From Oscillospiraceae bacterium (lineage in GTDB: Bacteria > Bacillota > Clostridia > Oscillospirales > CAG-272): a stretch of DNA of 46,549 nucleotides. This document shows, one piece after another, positions 26,948 to 36,574 of this stretch (the stretch's first letter is position 1; every line of letters starts with the position of its first letter). The translations under genes were made by a program, and so were the position numbers. The stretch covers positions 1 through 46,549 of the forward strand of contig SVUC01000003.1 of assembly GCA_015063455.1 (NCBI GenBank), in the 5' to 3' direction. The notes beneath the pieces were generated by a model. It made no database searches. It saw only the letters and a list, made by a program, of their open reading frames with translations, and was not told the origin of the DNA.

Positions 26948-28246
26948 ATGAACACACTTGAACTCAGAAATACAATTCTCTCCGGCGGCATTGATGAAAC
27001 ACTCGAGGGCGGTCTTATGGTTCCCGCTGCAAATATTCCCGCGCAGAGAGAGAGATATGCATCTGCGGTATCCGAATTTGAGAAGCTCTACGGTGACGGA
27101 GATGTATCTGTATATTCCGTCGGCGGCAGAAGCGAGATCTCCGGCAACCACACAGACCACAACCACGGCAGAGTTATCGCGGCATCTGTTAACCTCGATA
27201 TCCTCGCTGTTGCTAAGAAAACAGACGACGGCGTTGTCAGAATCAAATCCGAAGGATTCCCCGAGGATGTAGTTTCTCCCGAGGCGATCGACGCTCCCGA
27301 CGAAGCTAAGTTCTTCACATCTGCCGCTATCATCGCAGGTATGGAAAAGGCTTTCGTTGACGCAGGTTACAAGATCGGCGGATTTGACGCATACACAACA
27401 TCGAACGTACTCAAGGGCTCCGGTATCTCCTCATCCGCGGCATTCGAGGTAATGGTCGGCAACATCCTCAACTACCTCTACAACGACGGTAAGGTTTCCA
27501 ACGTAGAGATCGCCAAGATGGCTCAGTTTGCTGAGAATAAATACTTCGGCAAGCCCTGCGGACTTATGGATCAGACAGCTTGCGCTGTAGGCGGATTCAT
27601 CACGATCGACTTCAAGGATCCCACATCTCCCGTTATCGAGAAGATGGATTTTGACCTCACATCCGCAGGATATGCGCTCTGCATCGTAAACACAGGCGGT
27701 AATCACGCTGACCTCAATGATGATTACGCGTCCGTTCCCGCTGAAATGAAGGCTGTTGCGGCTGAGCTCGGTGTTCCCGTTCTCCGCGACACATCAAAAT
27801 GCGCTCTTGACAAGCTTATGGCTGAAAAGGGAGCACAGCTCCGCGAAAAGCTCGGCGACCGTGCGATCATGAGAGCTTATCATTTCTTCGCGGAAAACGA
27901 AAGAGTTGCGGCACAGGTAGAGGCTCTCAGAGACGGTGACGTTGAAGGCTTCAAGCGCGGCGTTACTGCATCGGGCAACTCGAGCTTCAAGTTCCTTCAG
28001 AACGTTTACACAACAAAGAACGTAGCAGAGCAGGGACTCTCCCTCGCACTTTGCATTACTGAAGATTTCCTCAAGGGTACAGACGGTGTTTGCAGAGTAC
28101 ACGGCGGCGGATTCGCAGGTACGATTCAGGCGTTCGTTCCCGTCGATATGACAGACGCATACAAGGCAAAGATCAACTCCGTGTTCGGTGAGGGCGCGTG
28201 CCACATCCTCAGCGTAAGAAAGAACGGCGCTTGCAAGATCATCTGA
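26948..28246 (+). CDS. galK: Galactokinase (GHMP kinase)
   Basis: GRSEISGNHTDH, GSGISSSAAFE, KPCGLMDQ, RVHGGGFAG. Confidence 0.85.
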   Translation: MNTLELRNTILSGGIDETLEGGLMVPAANIPAQRERYASAVSEFEKLYGDGDVSVYSVGGRSEISGNHTDHNHGRVIAASVNLDILAVAKKTDDGVVRIKSEGFPEDVVSPEAIDAPDEAKFFTSAAIIAGMEKAFVDAGYKIGGFDAYTTSNVLKGSGISSSAAFEVMVGNILNYLYNDGKVSNVEIAKMAQFAENKYFGKPCGLMDQTACAVGGFITIDFKDPTSPVIEKMDFDLTSAGYALCIVNTGGNHADLNDDYASVPAEMKAVAAELGVPVLRDTSKCALDKLMAEKGAQLREKLGDRAIMRAYHFFAENERVAAQVEALRDGDVEGFKRGVTASGNSSFKFLQNVYTTKNVAEQGLSLALCITEDFLKGTDGVCRVHGGGFAGTIQAFVPVDMTDAYKAKINSVFGEGACHILSVRKNGACKII

Positions 28247-28271
28247 GATTACATATCAGGGGAAAACGAAA

Positions 28272-28676
28272 ATGAAGCTGAGCTATGACGACAAAACCAT
28301 AAAGACAGGTAAGGATGCACTGAAAAAGATCGCGCTGATATTTCTGAATTTTATCGTGTTCTGGGGGCTTCTTCACCTCATAATCCTTCTCTCCGACACA
28401 CTTCGGATGATGTGGATCTTCTACGTCGGAATGACGCTGTACGGAATTCTGCTCGGCGTGCTTTTCGTTGTTTTCTATGTGATGAACGGATTCACGTTTG
28501 ATGGGAAGGAAAAGACCGAAGAGGACCTGACTGACGAGTGGGATCACAAGCAGAAGAGGGAGTATCTCGAAAAGCTGAAGGTCAGCCGTGCAAAAGCAAA
28601 AAAGCTGATTTACTTCATTCTGCCTCTCGTTATGACGATCGCGGTGTATTATATTGAGATAAATTTCCTGTCATAG
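28272..28676 (+). CDS. Hypothetical membrane protein (3 TM)
   Basis: Hydrophobic segments; GGGG/GGAA RBS; co-oriented in the gene cluster. Confidence 0.7.
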   Translation: MKLSYDDKTIKTGKDALKKIALIFLNFIVFWGLLHLIILLSDTLRMMWIFYVGMTLYGILLGVLFVVFYVMNGFTFDGKEKTEEDLTDEWDHKQKREYLEKLKVSRAKAKKLIYFILPLVMTIAVYYIEINFLS

Positions 28677-28701
28677 GCTACAATACATAAATTAATTGAA
28701 T

Positions 28702-29181
28702 ATGCAGAAGATTAAAATAATTGCAATGGGACGGCTTACCGAGGCCTCATTCCGTGACGCCGCAGGGGAATATCTGAAGCGGATGTCGAGGTATTATCAG
28801 GTAACAACGGTCGAGCCGAAGCCTGAGAATCTTCCTCAGAATCCATCGGACGCTGAGATCGAGCGTGCTCTCTCGCGTGAAGCTGAGAAGATCCTCGGGG
28901 AGATCTCCCCCCGCGCGTACGTCGTTGCGATGTGCGTTGAGGGAAAGACGATGTCATCGGAAGCTCTTGCGGCTCTTGCAGAGAAGCAGGCGGGGCTGGC
29001 TTCCGAGATCGTTTTCATCATAGGATCGTCGCACGGACTGCACGATTCTGTAAAAAAACGCGCGGATCTTCGTCTGTCGGTGTCTCCGATGACGTTTCCG
29101 CATGAGCTGTTCCGCGTAATGCTCCTTGAGCAGATATACCGTGCCGCTGAGATAAACGCGGGAAGCAAATACCACAAGTGA
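28702..29181 (+). CDS. rlmH: 23S rRNA pseudouridine-1915 N3-methyltransferase
   Basis: FIIGSSHG, SPMTFPHEL.R..LLEQIYRA, terminal YHK. Confidence 0.95.
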   Translation: MQKIKIIAMGRLTEASFRDAAGEYLKRMSRYYQVTTVEPKPENLPQNPSDAEIERALSREAEKILGEISPRAYVVAMCVEGKTMSSEALAALAEKQAGLASEIVFIIGSSHGLHDSVKKRADLRLSVSPMTFPHELFRVMLLEQIYRAAEINAGSKYHK

Positions 29182-29215
29182 TGTGGAAGAAAAACAAAAG
29201 TGAGAGAAAGAAGGC

Positions 29216-31015
29216 GTGATCCGAATGAGATATTTACTTGATAAGATTAAAAAATCTCTGAAAACTTACATACAGATAGCAGTAGTGTTCGGGATAGCCG
29301 TTCTTGTTCTCTTGTATTTCCTCGGATATTACGATATTTCCTTCATCGACCGAAACGAATGGTTCGGCGGGTTTGGCTCAAGTGAGTCGGACAGCGTTGA
29401 GGAAGACAAAAAAGATCCTGTTGGAAGCGGATCCGATTCTCAGGGAAAGGATTCTTTGGAATCGGGCGATAAAAACGATAATCTTCCGTCAGACAGTCAG
29501 GGTGGATCGGACAGCGATACAGAGACAGACTCTCCGGCCCTTACTCCCGAGAAGGTCAAGAACACTATCAAGGTTTATGACGAGGGCAGGCTGGACGACT
29601 ACCTTTCTGAGATCGGAACAGTGTCGGGGTATGAGGACAGCGGACTTGTCAGAGCTGAGGAGACGTACAATTTCGTCCCGAACGAGACAACTCTCGCAAA
29701 AATGACGTTTTCGTTCAAGCTCCCGACGGCGTACTCTCTCCGCACGAGAGATGTGGTGAAAACATCCGTATATCTTGCGGACGACGAGCGAGGTAAGGTG
29801 GTTGAAGAAAACTACGTCACCGAGGACAGACCGTCAGTTGAGCTTTATATGGGATATATCATCATTGACAAGGGCGAGAATGTAATTCTCTGCTCGTCAG
29901 ACGGAACGCCTCTTTGTCAGTATCATCCCGACAGATTCACCCCCGCGTATGCGCGTGACACAGAGGGCAGACCTCTGTTTAAGAGACATATTTACGATGT
30001 TCCCGATGATCCCGCAGGACGTGACGTGTATTTCTACCTCTCAGAAGACGGCAAGAATTTCGTGGTCAGCGACTACGATCCCGAGGCGGATTCACGCGGA
30101 CTCACATTCGATTATCCCCGTGACTACGGCGTATCTGATTCGGATATGCATCCCGTTCGAGGCGAGGACGGACTTTACGATTATTACGTGAGAACGATCT
30201 GGGGCGGCTCATATCAGCTCACGGGATATAATTTCATCAAAGCATATCCTGTGTTTGACGGTGTTGGCGCGGTCGTGTGGAGCGAGGTCGTTCCGACTCT
30301 TGAGGCGTCGGGGTACGAGGAGGATGTTTACGAGCTTTACTACGGCGAGTACGAGCCCGGAGACGTTATCCCCGCCAATCGCGGAGCGATGACTTTTATT
30401 ACTCAAAACGGATACAGAATTATAAATCAGTACAATCCGTATTACAAGGAAGATTACGTCAGATACGTTATCGAATACTTGATGCCGCCGCTGACAGACG
30501 GAGTGGAGAGTATCGGATACTACTATTTTGACAACGGACTCGCAAGACTTCGCCGCCAGACGATCGACTGGTACGCTTGGGATAGCAGCCGCATTGTCCG
30601 CGTTATTTCCGACGAAGAAATTTTGATCAGAGCTGACGGAAGTGAATACGATGTCCCGGCAGGATATTCGATAGAAGGATACTCTGACGGCGTGATACTT
30701 CTGAAAAGCGACAGCACGAATCTTTACGGATTTATGGACTGCACGGGCGGATGGATAGCTCAACCAATCTATTCGGATGCGACGCCTTTTATTGAAGGAC
30801 TCGCAACGCTCACTCTTTCCGACGGTCGTGTTGGAATGATCGACGTGGAAGGAAATATTGTTCTTCCGTTCACTTACGACAGTATATCGCAGGTGTCAGG
30901 CGGACTTATTCTCGCTTACCGTGAAGAGAACGGATGGACCGTTATGCGTATGATGCACGAGCCCGAATCGGAGAGCAGCGAATGGTTTGAAGAAACAATA
31001 GAAGAAAACAACTGA
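29216..31015 (+). CDS. Membrane-anchored WG-repeat protein
   Basis: N-terminal TM, S/D-rich linker, C-terminal YGFMD..G.WI..PIY..A.PF.EGLA / VGMID..GNIVLPF.YD repeats. Confidence 0.75.
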   Translation: MIRMRYLLDKIKKSLKTYIQIAVVFGIAVLVLLYFLGYYDISFIDRNEWFGGFGSSESDSVEEDKKDPVGSGSDSQGKDSLESGDKNDNLPSDSQGGSDSDTETDSPALTPEKVKNTIKVYDEGRLDDYLSEIGTVSGYEDSGLVRAEETYNFVPNETTLAKMTFSFKLPTAYSLRTRDVVKTSVYLADDERGKVVEENYVTEDRPSVELYMGYIIIDKGENVILCSSDGTPLCQYHPDRFTPAYARDTEGRPLFKRHIYDVPDDPAGRDVYFYLSEDGKNFVVSDYDPEADSRGLTFDYPRDYGVSDSDMHPVRGEDGLYDYYVRTIWGGSYQLTGYNFIKAYPVFDGVGAVVWSEVVPTLEASGYEEDVYELYYGEYEPGDVIPANRGAMTFITQNGYRIINQYNPYYKEDYVRYVIEYLMPPLTDGVESIGYYYFDNGLARLRRQTIDWYAWDSSRIVRVISDEEILIRADGSEYDVPAGYSIEGYSDGVILLKSDSTNLYGFMDCTGGWIAQPIYSDATPFIEGLATLTLSDGRVGMIDVEGNIVLPFTYDSISQVSGGLILAYREENGWTVMRMMHEPESESSEWFEETIEENN

Positions 31016-31041
31016 GAATAATTGATAAAAAGGATAAATAT

Positions 31042-31596
31042 ATGGCATTATTCGGAAAGAAAAACAACGATAAAAACGACAAAAACGAAAAGGAAGGCGC
31101 AAGCATTCCCGAGTCGACTCCCGATGTGAGAGCAGAAGAGGGAATGCCTGAGGCTGTCGCACAGGAGGCAGCACGCCCGAGATTTGAGTCACCTGCGGGA
31201 TTTGATTTCAACAGATATTTTCTCGCTGAGAGAAGGATCGTTCTTGAGAACGTGAGCTACGAGACTCAGAAGCCTGCAGCCGCTGCTCAGCTCAAGCTTG
31301 GTGTGAAGGATACGATTCTCGCGCACGTTCTCGGTCAGAGCGGTGTGAAGATCACCTACAACCGTTCGCTCAGATTTGAGCCTGAGGGACCGTTTACCTT
31401 GTCGGTATCGTTCGCTGTTATGCTCGTGTTCAATCCCGGAACAAGAGGCGAGGTCGACTGGTCAAAGATCGACGTTGCCGAGGAATTCAAGAAGAACTGC
31501 CCGCAGCTTGTTCAGACGATGATGGCGAAGGCAGCGCTCCTTGTTGCTGAGATCACTGCGGCAAACGGCGGTGCGCCAATCATTCCGCTGAGATAA
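31042..31596 (+). CDS. Hypothetical protein, possible SecB-like chaperone fold
   Basis: RIVLENVSYE strand, FTLSVSFAVML strand, C-terminal NCPQLV...LVAEITAANGGAPII helix; AAGGA RBS. Confidence 0.55.
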   Translation: MALFGKKNNDKNDKNEKEGASIPESTPDVRAEEGMPEAVAQEAARPRFESPAGFDFNRYFLAERRIVLENVSYETQKPAAAAQLKLGVKDTILAHVLGQSGVKITYNRSLRFEPEGPFTLSVSFAVMLVFNPGTRGEVDWSKIDVAEEFKKNCPQLVQTMMAKAALLVAEITAANGGAPIIPLR

Positions 31597-31688
31597 TTGC
31601 GGCAGGAAATTTGGGCTCGACAAGTTGAGGCGGCAGCCGGCTTATGACGCTGTCCTCGAGTTTATGAGATAAACTCTGTTGACCTCTG

Positions 31689-31723
31689 CGACCTTTTTGA
31701 AAAAAGGTCGATCAAAAACTTTT
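31689..31723. repeat. Short REP-like palindrome (cgaccttttt g aaaaaaggtcg + atcaaaaactttt)
   Basis: Perfect 10-bp stem; related inverted copy at 44644. Confidence 0.5.
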
Positions 31724-31771
31724 ATAAATATCTATAAAATATAATGACAAAGTGAAGCTGAGAAATATAGT

Positions 31772-33808
31772 ATGAAGAAAAAAGAAACAAAGCAAAGCTA
31801 CAACAATCAATCGATCACCTCGCTCAAGGGTGCTGACCGTGTCCGCAAACGTCCCGCCGTTATTTTCGGCTCAGACGGACTTGAGGGATGCGAGCATTCA
31901 GTGTTCGAGATTCTTTCAAACTCCGTTGACGAGGCTCGCGAAGGGTACGGAAACACCATAAATATCACCGCATTCGCCGATCTCTCGATTGAGGTTGAAG
32001 ACTTCGGACGAGGTGTTCCGCTCGGATGGAACGAGGGCGAAGGACGGTACAACTGGGAGCTCGTTTATTCTGAGCTTTACGCAGGCGGTAAGTACGACAA
32101 CAACTCCGACGGCTCGGCTTACGAATTCTCGCTCGGCCTCAACGGACTGGGCGCGTGTGCTACTCAGTATTCGAGTGAATTTTTCAATGTAAAATCTTAC
32201 GACGGTGAGAATCTCTCCGAAGTTTCATTCGAAAAAGGTGAGGCGATCACAGAGCTCACAGTGACTCCTCTTGAAAGAAGGGCTCGCCGCACAGGTACAG
32301 TTATCCGCTGGCGACCCGATCTTCAGGTGTTTACCGACATCAACATTCCGCGTGAGTATTTCACCGATATGCTCAAGCGTCAGGCGGTAGTAAACTCAGG
32401 TATCAAATTCGTTTTCCGCTGGGAAGTTCGCGGATTTGATGAAAAAGGTAAGCCAATCAAGCCCGGTACGTTTGAAACGGAAGAATTCTTCTACGAAAAC
32501 GGTATCTCCGACTATATTGCCGAGATCGCGGGTGACACAGCTGAGACAAAGATTACAGAGTTCCACCTTGAAACAAAGGGCCGCGACCGCGAGGATATGA
32601 AGGATTATAAGCTTATTGCCGATATTGCTTTTACTGTATCAAAAACTGTCAACGCTCTCGAATATTATCACAACTCATCGTGGCTTGAGCACGGCGGATC
32701 TCCCGAGAAGGCGGTCAAGCTTGCTTTCGTTTCCGCAGTAGATAAGAGACTCAAATCTACGGGCAAATATAATAAGAATGAATCGAAGATCACTTTCCCC
32801 GACATCGAGGACTGCCTGATCCTTGTGACAAACTCGTTCTCGACACAGACATCTTACGCAAACCAGACGAAAAAGGCGATCACAAACACGTTTATCGCCG
32901 ATGCTATGACGGAATTTCTCAAAGAACAACTTGAGTATTTCTTTGCGGAAAATCCCGTTGACGGCGACCGCCTCTGCGCCCAGGTCCTTGTCAACAAGAG
33001 ATCTCGTGAGCAGTCCGAGGCGACTCGTCTCAACCTCAAAAAGAAGCTCGCGGCAAGCACGGATGTTGCCAACCGTGTTGAAAAATTTGTTGCGTGCAGA
33101 TCGAAGGACCCTGATGTGAGAGAGGTCTACATCGTAGAGGGTGACTCCGCTATGTCATCGTGTAAGCTCGCAAGAGATGCCGAATTCCAGGCGATCATCC
33201 CTGTCCGCGGTAAGACGCTCAACTGCCTCAAAGCATCGTACGACAGAATTTTCAAGAGTGACATTATTCTTGACCTTCTCCGCGTTATCGGATGCGGTGT
33301 CGAGATCCAGACAAAGCATAAATCGGATATGGTTCCGTTCGATATAAACAATCTCCGCTGGTCGAAGATCATTATCTGTACCGATGCGGACGAGGACGGA
33401 TTCCAGATCAGAACTCTTCTCTTGACGCTGTTCTACCGACTCCTGCCGACTCTTCTCAAAGAGGGGAAGGTCTACATCGCGGAGTCTCCGCTGTACGAGA
33501 TCACTCCGTCGAAGGGTGAGGTTGAATTTGCGTACAACGAGCCTGAAAAAGCGGAGATCATCAGAAAATTTGAGGAAAAGGGCGTCAAATATACTCTTCA
33601 GAGATCGAAAGGTCTCGGTGAGAACGAGCCCGATATGATGTCAAAAACGACAATGAATCCCGCAACACGCCGACTTATCCGTGTAACTCCCGCTGACGCC
33701 GCCGCAACCGCCAGAATATTTGACATAATGCTTGGCGACGACCTTGACGGAAGAAAGAAATATATCGCGGAACACGGTCACGAATATCTGAAGGAAGCAG
33801 ATATTTGA
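31772..33808 (+). CDS. Type IIA topoisomerase B subunit (divergent GyrB/ParE family)
   Basis: VRKRP, EILSNSVDE, EDFGRGVP, IVEGDSA, PVRGK.LN, TDADEDG, QRSKGLGE. Confidence 0.9.
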   Translation: MKKKETKQSYNNQSITSLKGADRVRKRPAVIFGSDGLEGCEHSVFEILSNSVDEAREGYGNTINITAFADLSIEVEDFGRGVPLGWNEGEGRYNWELVYSELYAGGKYDNNSDGSAYEFSLGLNGLGACATQYSSEFFNVKSYDGENLSEVSFEKGEAITELTVTPLERRARRTGTVIRWRPDLQVFTDINIPREYFTDMLKRQAVVNSGIKFVFRWEVRGFDEKGKPIKPGTFETEEFFYENGISDYIAEIAGDTAETKITEFHLETKGRDREDMKDYKLIADIAFTVSKTVNALEYYHNSSWLEHGGSPEKAVKLAFVSAVDKRLKSTGKYNKNESKITFPDIEDCLILVTNSFSTQTSYANQTKKAITNTFIADAMTEFLKEQLEYFFAENPVDGDRLCAQVLVNKRSREQSEATRLNLKKKLAASTDVANRVEKFVACRSKDPDVREVYIVEGDSAMSSCKLARDAEFQAIIPVRGKTLNCLKASYDRIFKSDIILDLLRVIGCGVEIQTKHKSDMVPFDINNLRWSKIIICTDADEDGFQIRTLLLTLFYRLLPTLLKEGKVYIAESPLYEITPSKGEVEFAYNEPEKAEIIRKFEEKGVKYTLQRSKGLGENEPDMMSKTTMNPATRRLIRVTPADAAATARIFDIMLGDDLDGRKKYIAEHGHEYLKEADI

Positions 33809-33888
33809 TCATTAAAACTAATTGGTAAATCAAAAATGGATGGGCGAACACTGTTCGCTCTTTCATTTTATTTTGAATGGAGATTGCT

Positions 33889-34548
33889 ATGTCATCTGAC
33901 TTCAAGGTTCAGTTTTACAATAAAGATTTTATCGTAATATATAAGCCTCACGGGTATCTGTCGGAAGATTCTTCATCGGGCGAGAGCTGTCCTTATGCTG
34001 TCCGACAGTTTCTGGAGAGCGAGGGAGTACCTTGCGAAAATGTTTACACCGTGCACAGACTCGACAGGACGACTGAGGGACTTATGGTGTACGCACTCAC
34101 AAAAAAATCCGCAGCGGAGCTGTCGCGGCAGATTACTGACGGATTCTTCGAGAAGGTCTACACGGCCTACATTACCGCCTCGGATGAGCTTGAAAAATCG
34201 GGCGAGATGCGCGATCTTCTCTATTTCGACAGACAGAGGGATAAATCGTTTGTTGTCGAGAAGAAACGCGCGGGTGCGAAGGAAGCCGTTCTCGAATACG
34301 AGGTTCTTCGCTCGTTCGAGCTTGACGAGGAGCGAGTCAGCGAGGTGCGTGTACATCTTATGACGGGAAGAACGCATCAGATCAGAGTGCAGTTTGCATC
34401 CCGCAAATCGCCTCTTCTGGGGGATAAAAAATACGGCAGCCGATCATCTCACCGCGGACCGTCCCTTTTTGCAACGGAACTGAGGTTTGATTTTTGCGGA
34501 AAACGGTACGAGTTTCTCTGCGGAGCGGATGAGCCTTTGATCGGTTAG
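33889..34548 (+). CDS. RluA-family pseudouridine synthase
   Basis: KPHG, VHRLDRTTEG, TGRTHQIRVQ, GDKKYG. Confidence 0.9.
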   Translation: MSSDFKVQFYNKDFIVIYKPHGYLSEDSSSGESCPYAVRQFLESEGVPCENVYTVHRLDRTTEGLMVYALTKKSAAELSRQITDGFFEKVYTAYITASDELEKSGEMRDLLYFDRQRDKSFVVEKKRAGAKEAVLEYEVLRSFELDEERVSEVRVHLMTGRTHQIRVQFASRKSPLLGDKKYGSRSSHRGPSLFATELRFDFCGKRYEFLCGADEPLIG

Positions 34549-34601
34549 CGAAATCAACAACACAAGCCTTCTCGGAGGACTTAAAATCAGCAACCTGACA
34601 A

Positions 34602-34630
34602 TTGACGCGGAGGCGTAAGAAGAGTATAAT
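34602..34630 (+). promoter_or_regulatory. Sigma-A promoter
   Basis: TTGACG-17bp-TATAAT. Confidence 0.7.
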
Positions 34631-34706
34631 ATTCATCGTGTGTGTTTGTGCGGAGTGCATAATTTTTCCGCCCAAAATTAATTTTCGATACGTACGGTGA
34701 GGTATT

Positions 34707-35897
34707 ATGAACAAAATAGAGCACGTAAGGCATCATTCCGCGCGATACTCTGTTCTCAACGCTTTTCATACAATTTTAGACGCATCGGTCGGATTTGTCA
34801 GAAAAAATCCCGTTCTGACGATCGCTGCCGCACTTGCGATAGCAACATCTTTTATCGTAACTCCCGACATTGAGTATCTCGGTTATTTCGATTTCCGCAC
34901 GCTGACGTGCCTTCTCTGTACGCTCGCGGTGATCTGCGCGCTGAAGGAGATCAGATTCTTCTACGTGTGCGCTGAGAGGATCATCGGATTTGCGAAAAAC
35001 CTGCGCCTTGCGACGATAGCTCTTGTGTACATCACGTTCATTGGGTCAATGCTTATCGCAAACGATATGGCGCTGATCACATTCCTGCCTCTTGGATATA
35101 TCGTTCTCTCATGTACGAAGAACGAAAAATATATGGTGTTCGTGTTCATTCTTCAGAACATTGCGGCAAATCTCGGCGGTATGCTCACACCTTTCGGAAA
35201 TCCGCAGAATTTGTACCTCTACTCGTATTTTGAAATTCCCGCGGGACAGTTCGTCTCAGTGATGTTCCCGCCGTTCATCTTTGCGATGATCCTCATTACC
35301 CTCGCGTGCTTCATCGTTCCTTCTACTCCTCTTTCATATAACAGAGATGAGTACGAAATGCCGAAGAGACGACTTGTCGTTTACCTTGCGCTCTTTGCAC
35401 TCTCGATCCTCGTTGTTTTCCGCGGAATCCCGTATCAGCTCGGACTTATCGTGATTCCCACAGCACTATTCTTCCTCGACAGAAAAGCACTTCGGGAGGT
35501 CGACTGGGGACTTCTTATGACATTTGTGTGCTTCTTCATTTTCTCGGGAAACATGGCGAGAATCCCCGCGGTTGAAGCGGTAATCGGAACTCTTGTTGGC
35601 GGAAGCGAGAAACTGACACTTCTTACCTCGTCTCTCTCGTGCCAGGCGATCTCAAATGTTCCCTCAGCGATACTTCTCTCAAAATTTACTGTGAATTGGA
35701 AGGCGCTTCTCTACGGTGTGAATATCGGAGGATGCGGAACTCTTATTTCCTCTCTTGCGAGTCTTATTACCTTCAGAACATTTATGTCGCACAATCGCGG
35801 TGTACACGGTGCTGCCGGCAAGTATGTTGCGATGTTCTCCGTTGTCAATTTTGCGATGCTCGGACTCCTTCTCGCGCTTTGTATGGTGCTCGTGTGA
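34707..35897 (+). CDS. SLC13/CitMHS-like anion permease
   Basis: ANLGGMLTPFGNPQN, SNVPSAILL, GTLISSLAS; many TM helices. Confidence 0.8.
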   Translation: MNKIEHVRHHSARYSVLNAFHTILDASVGFVRKNPVLTIAAALAIATSFIVTPDIEYLGYFDFRTLTCLLCTLAVICALKEIRFFYVCAERIIGFAKNLRLATIALVYITFIGSMLIANDMALITFLPLGYIVLSCTKNEKYMVFVFILQNIAANLGGMLTPFGNPQNLYLYSYFEIPAGQFVSVMFPPFIFAMILITLACFIVPSTPLSYNRDEYEMPKRRLVVYLALFALSILVVFRGIPYQLGLIVIPTALFFLDRKALREVDWGLLMTFVCFFIFSGNMARIPAVEAVIGTLVGGSEKLTLLTSSLSCQAISNVPSAILLSKFTVNWKALLYGVNIGGCGTLISSLASLITFRTFMSHNRGVHGAAGKYVAMFSVVNFAMLGLLLALCMVLV

Positions 35898-35908
35898 GCT
35901 TGATTTAA

Positions 35909-35971
35909 TAAAAAAGCATAAAAATTCCCCGACAGTCTTAATCACAGGGCTGTCGGGGATCTCTTTATTTT
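35909..35971. terminator. Bidirectional terminator
   Basis: ccccgacagtc..ggctgtcgggg hairpin between convergent genes. Confidence 0.7.
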
Positions 35972-36465
35972 GCCATAGATTTGATTTTTTCTTTACATTC
36001 TTCCCACGAGCCTTCAACGAAGGCGTCTTTGTAGAGGCGGATCACAAGATTGTTATTGAGAAAAATCAGGATGAGATCGCCTTTTTCTTTGATTTTTTTG
36101 ATGTTTTCATATTTCAGCTTTGTGACGGAGGTGTGGTCGGTGAGAATGATCTCTTCATCTGCAAATTCCGTGGTTCTGGTCCATTCGGAGACGCCGTACG
36201 TTTTTGCGAGCATTTTGTATCTGTTTGACCAGACGACAGATCGCGAGAAAAACAGCTTGAATACGGAAAGAAGAACGAACAGGATCGAAAGATACCAGTT
36301 TATTGCCTCCCCGCCGCCGATCGAAAGGAGAATTATCATAGAAATCCCGATCACGCCGACAAGACACCAAAGAACGAAAACGGTAATGTTCGCCCAGCCG
36401 AAGAGGGTATATTCTTTTGCCCAGGACATAATAATTTTTTTCGTTATTTTGTATTCGTTTTTCAT
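35965..36465 (-). CDS. YcxB-like membrane protein
   Basis: Two TM helices, then YENIKKIKE...LILIFL...IRLYKDAF pattern. Confidence 0.75.
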   Translation of the reverse strand: MKNEYKITKKIIMSWAKEYTLFGWANITVFVLWCLVGVIGISMIILLSIGGGEAINWYLSILFVLLSVFKLFFSRSVVWSNRYKMLAKTYGVSEWTRTTEFADEEIILTDHTSVTKLKYENIKKIKEKGDLILIFLNNNLVIRLYKDAFVEGSWEECKEKIKSMAK

Positions 36466-36526
36466 AGCACAGATCCTTTCTCAGCTTTTTGTGGGGGATT
36501 TGTTGTTCTCTGATCCCATTATACAA

Positions 36527-36564
36527 CAAAAACGGCAGGGATACAATACCCCTGCCAAAATTTT
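36527..36564 (-). terminator. Terminator after potD
   Basis: ggcaggg..ccctgcc hairpin with T-run on the minus strand. Confidence 0.55.
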
Positions 36565-36574
36565 GCTGTGTGAC

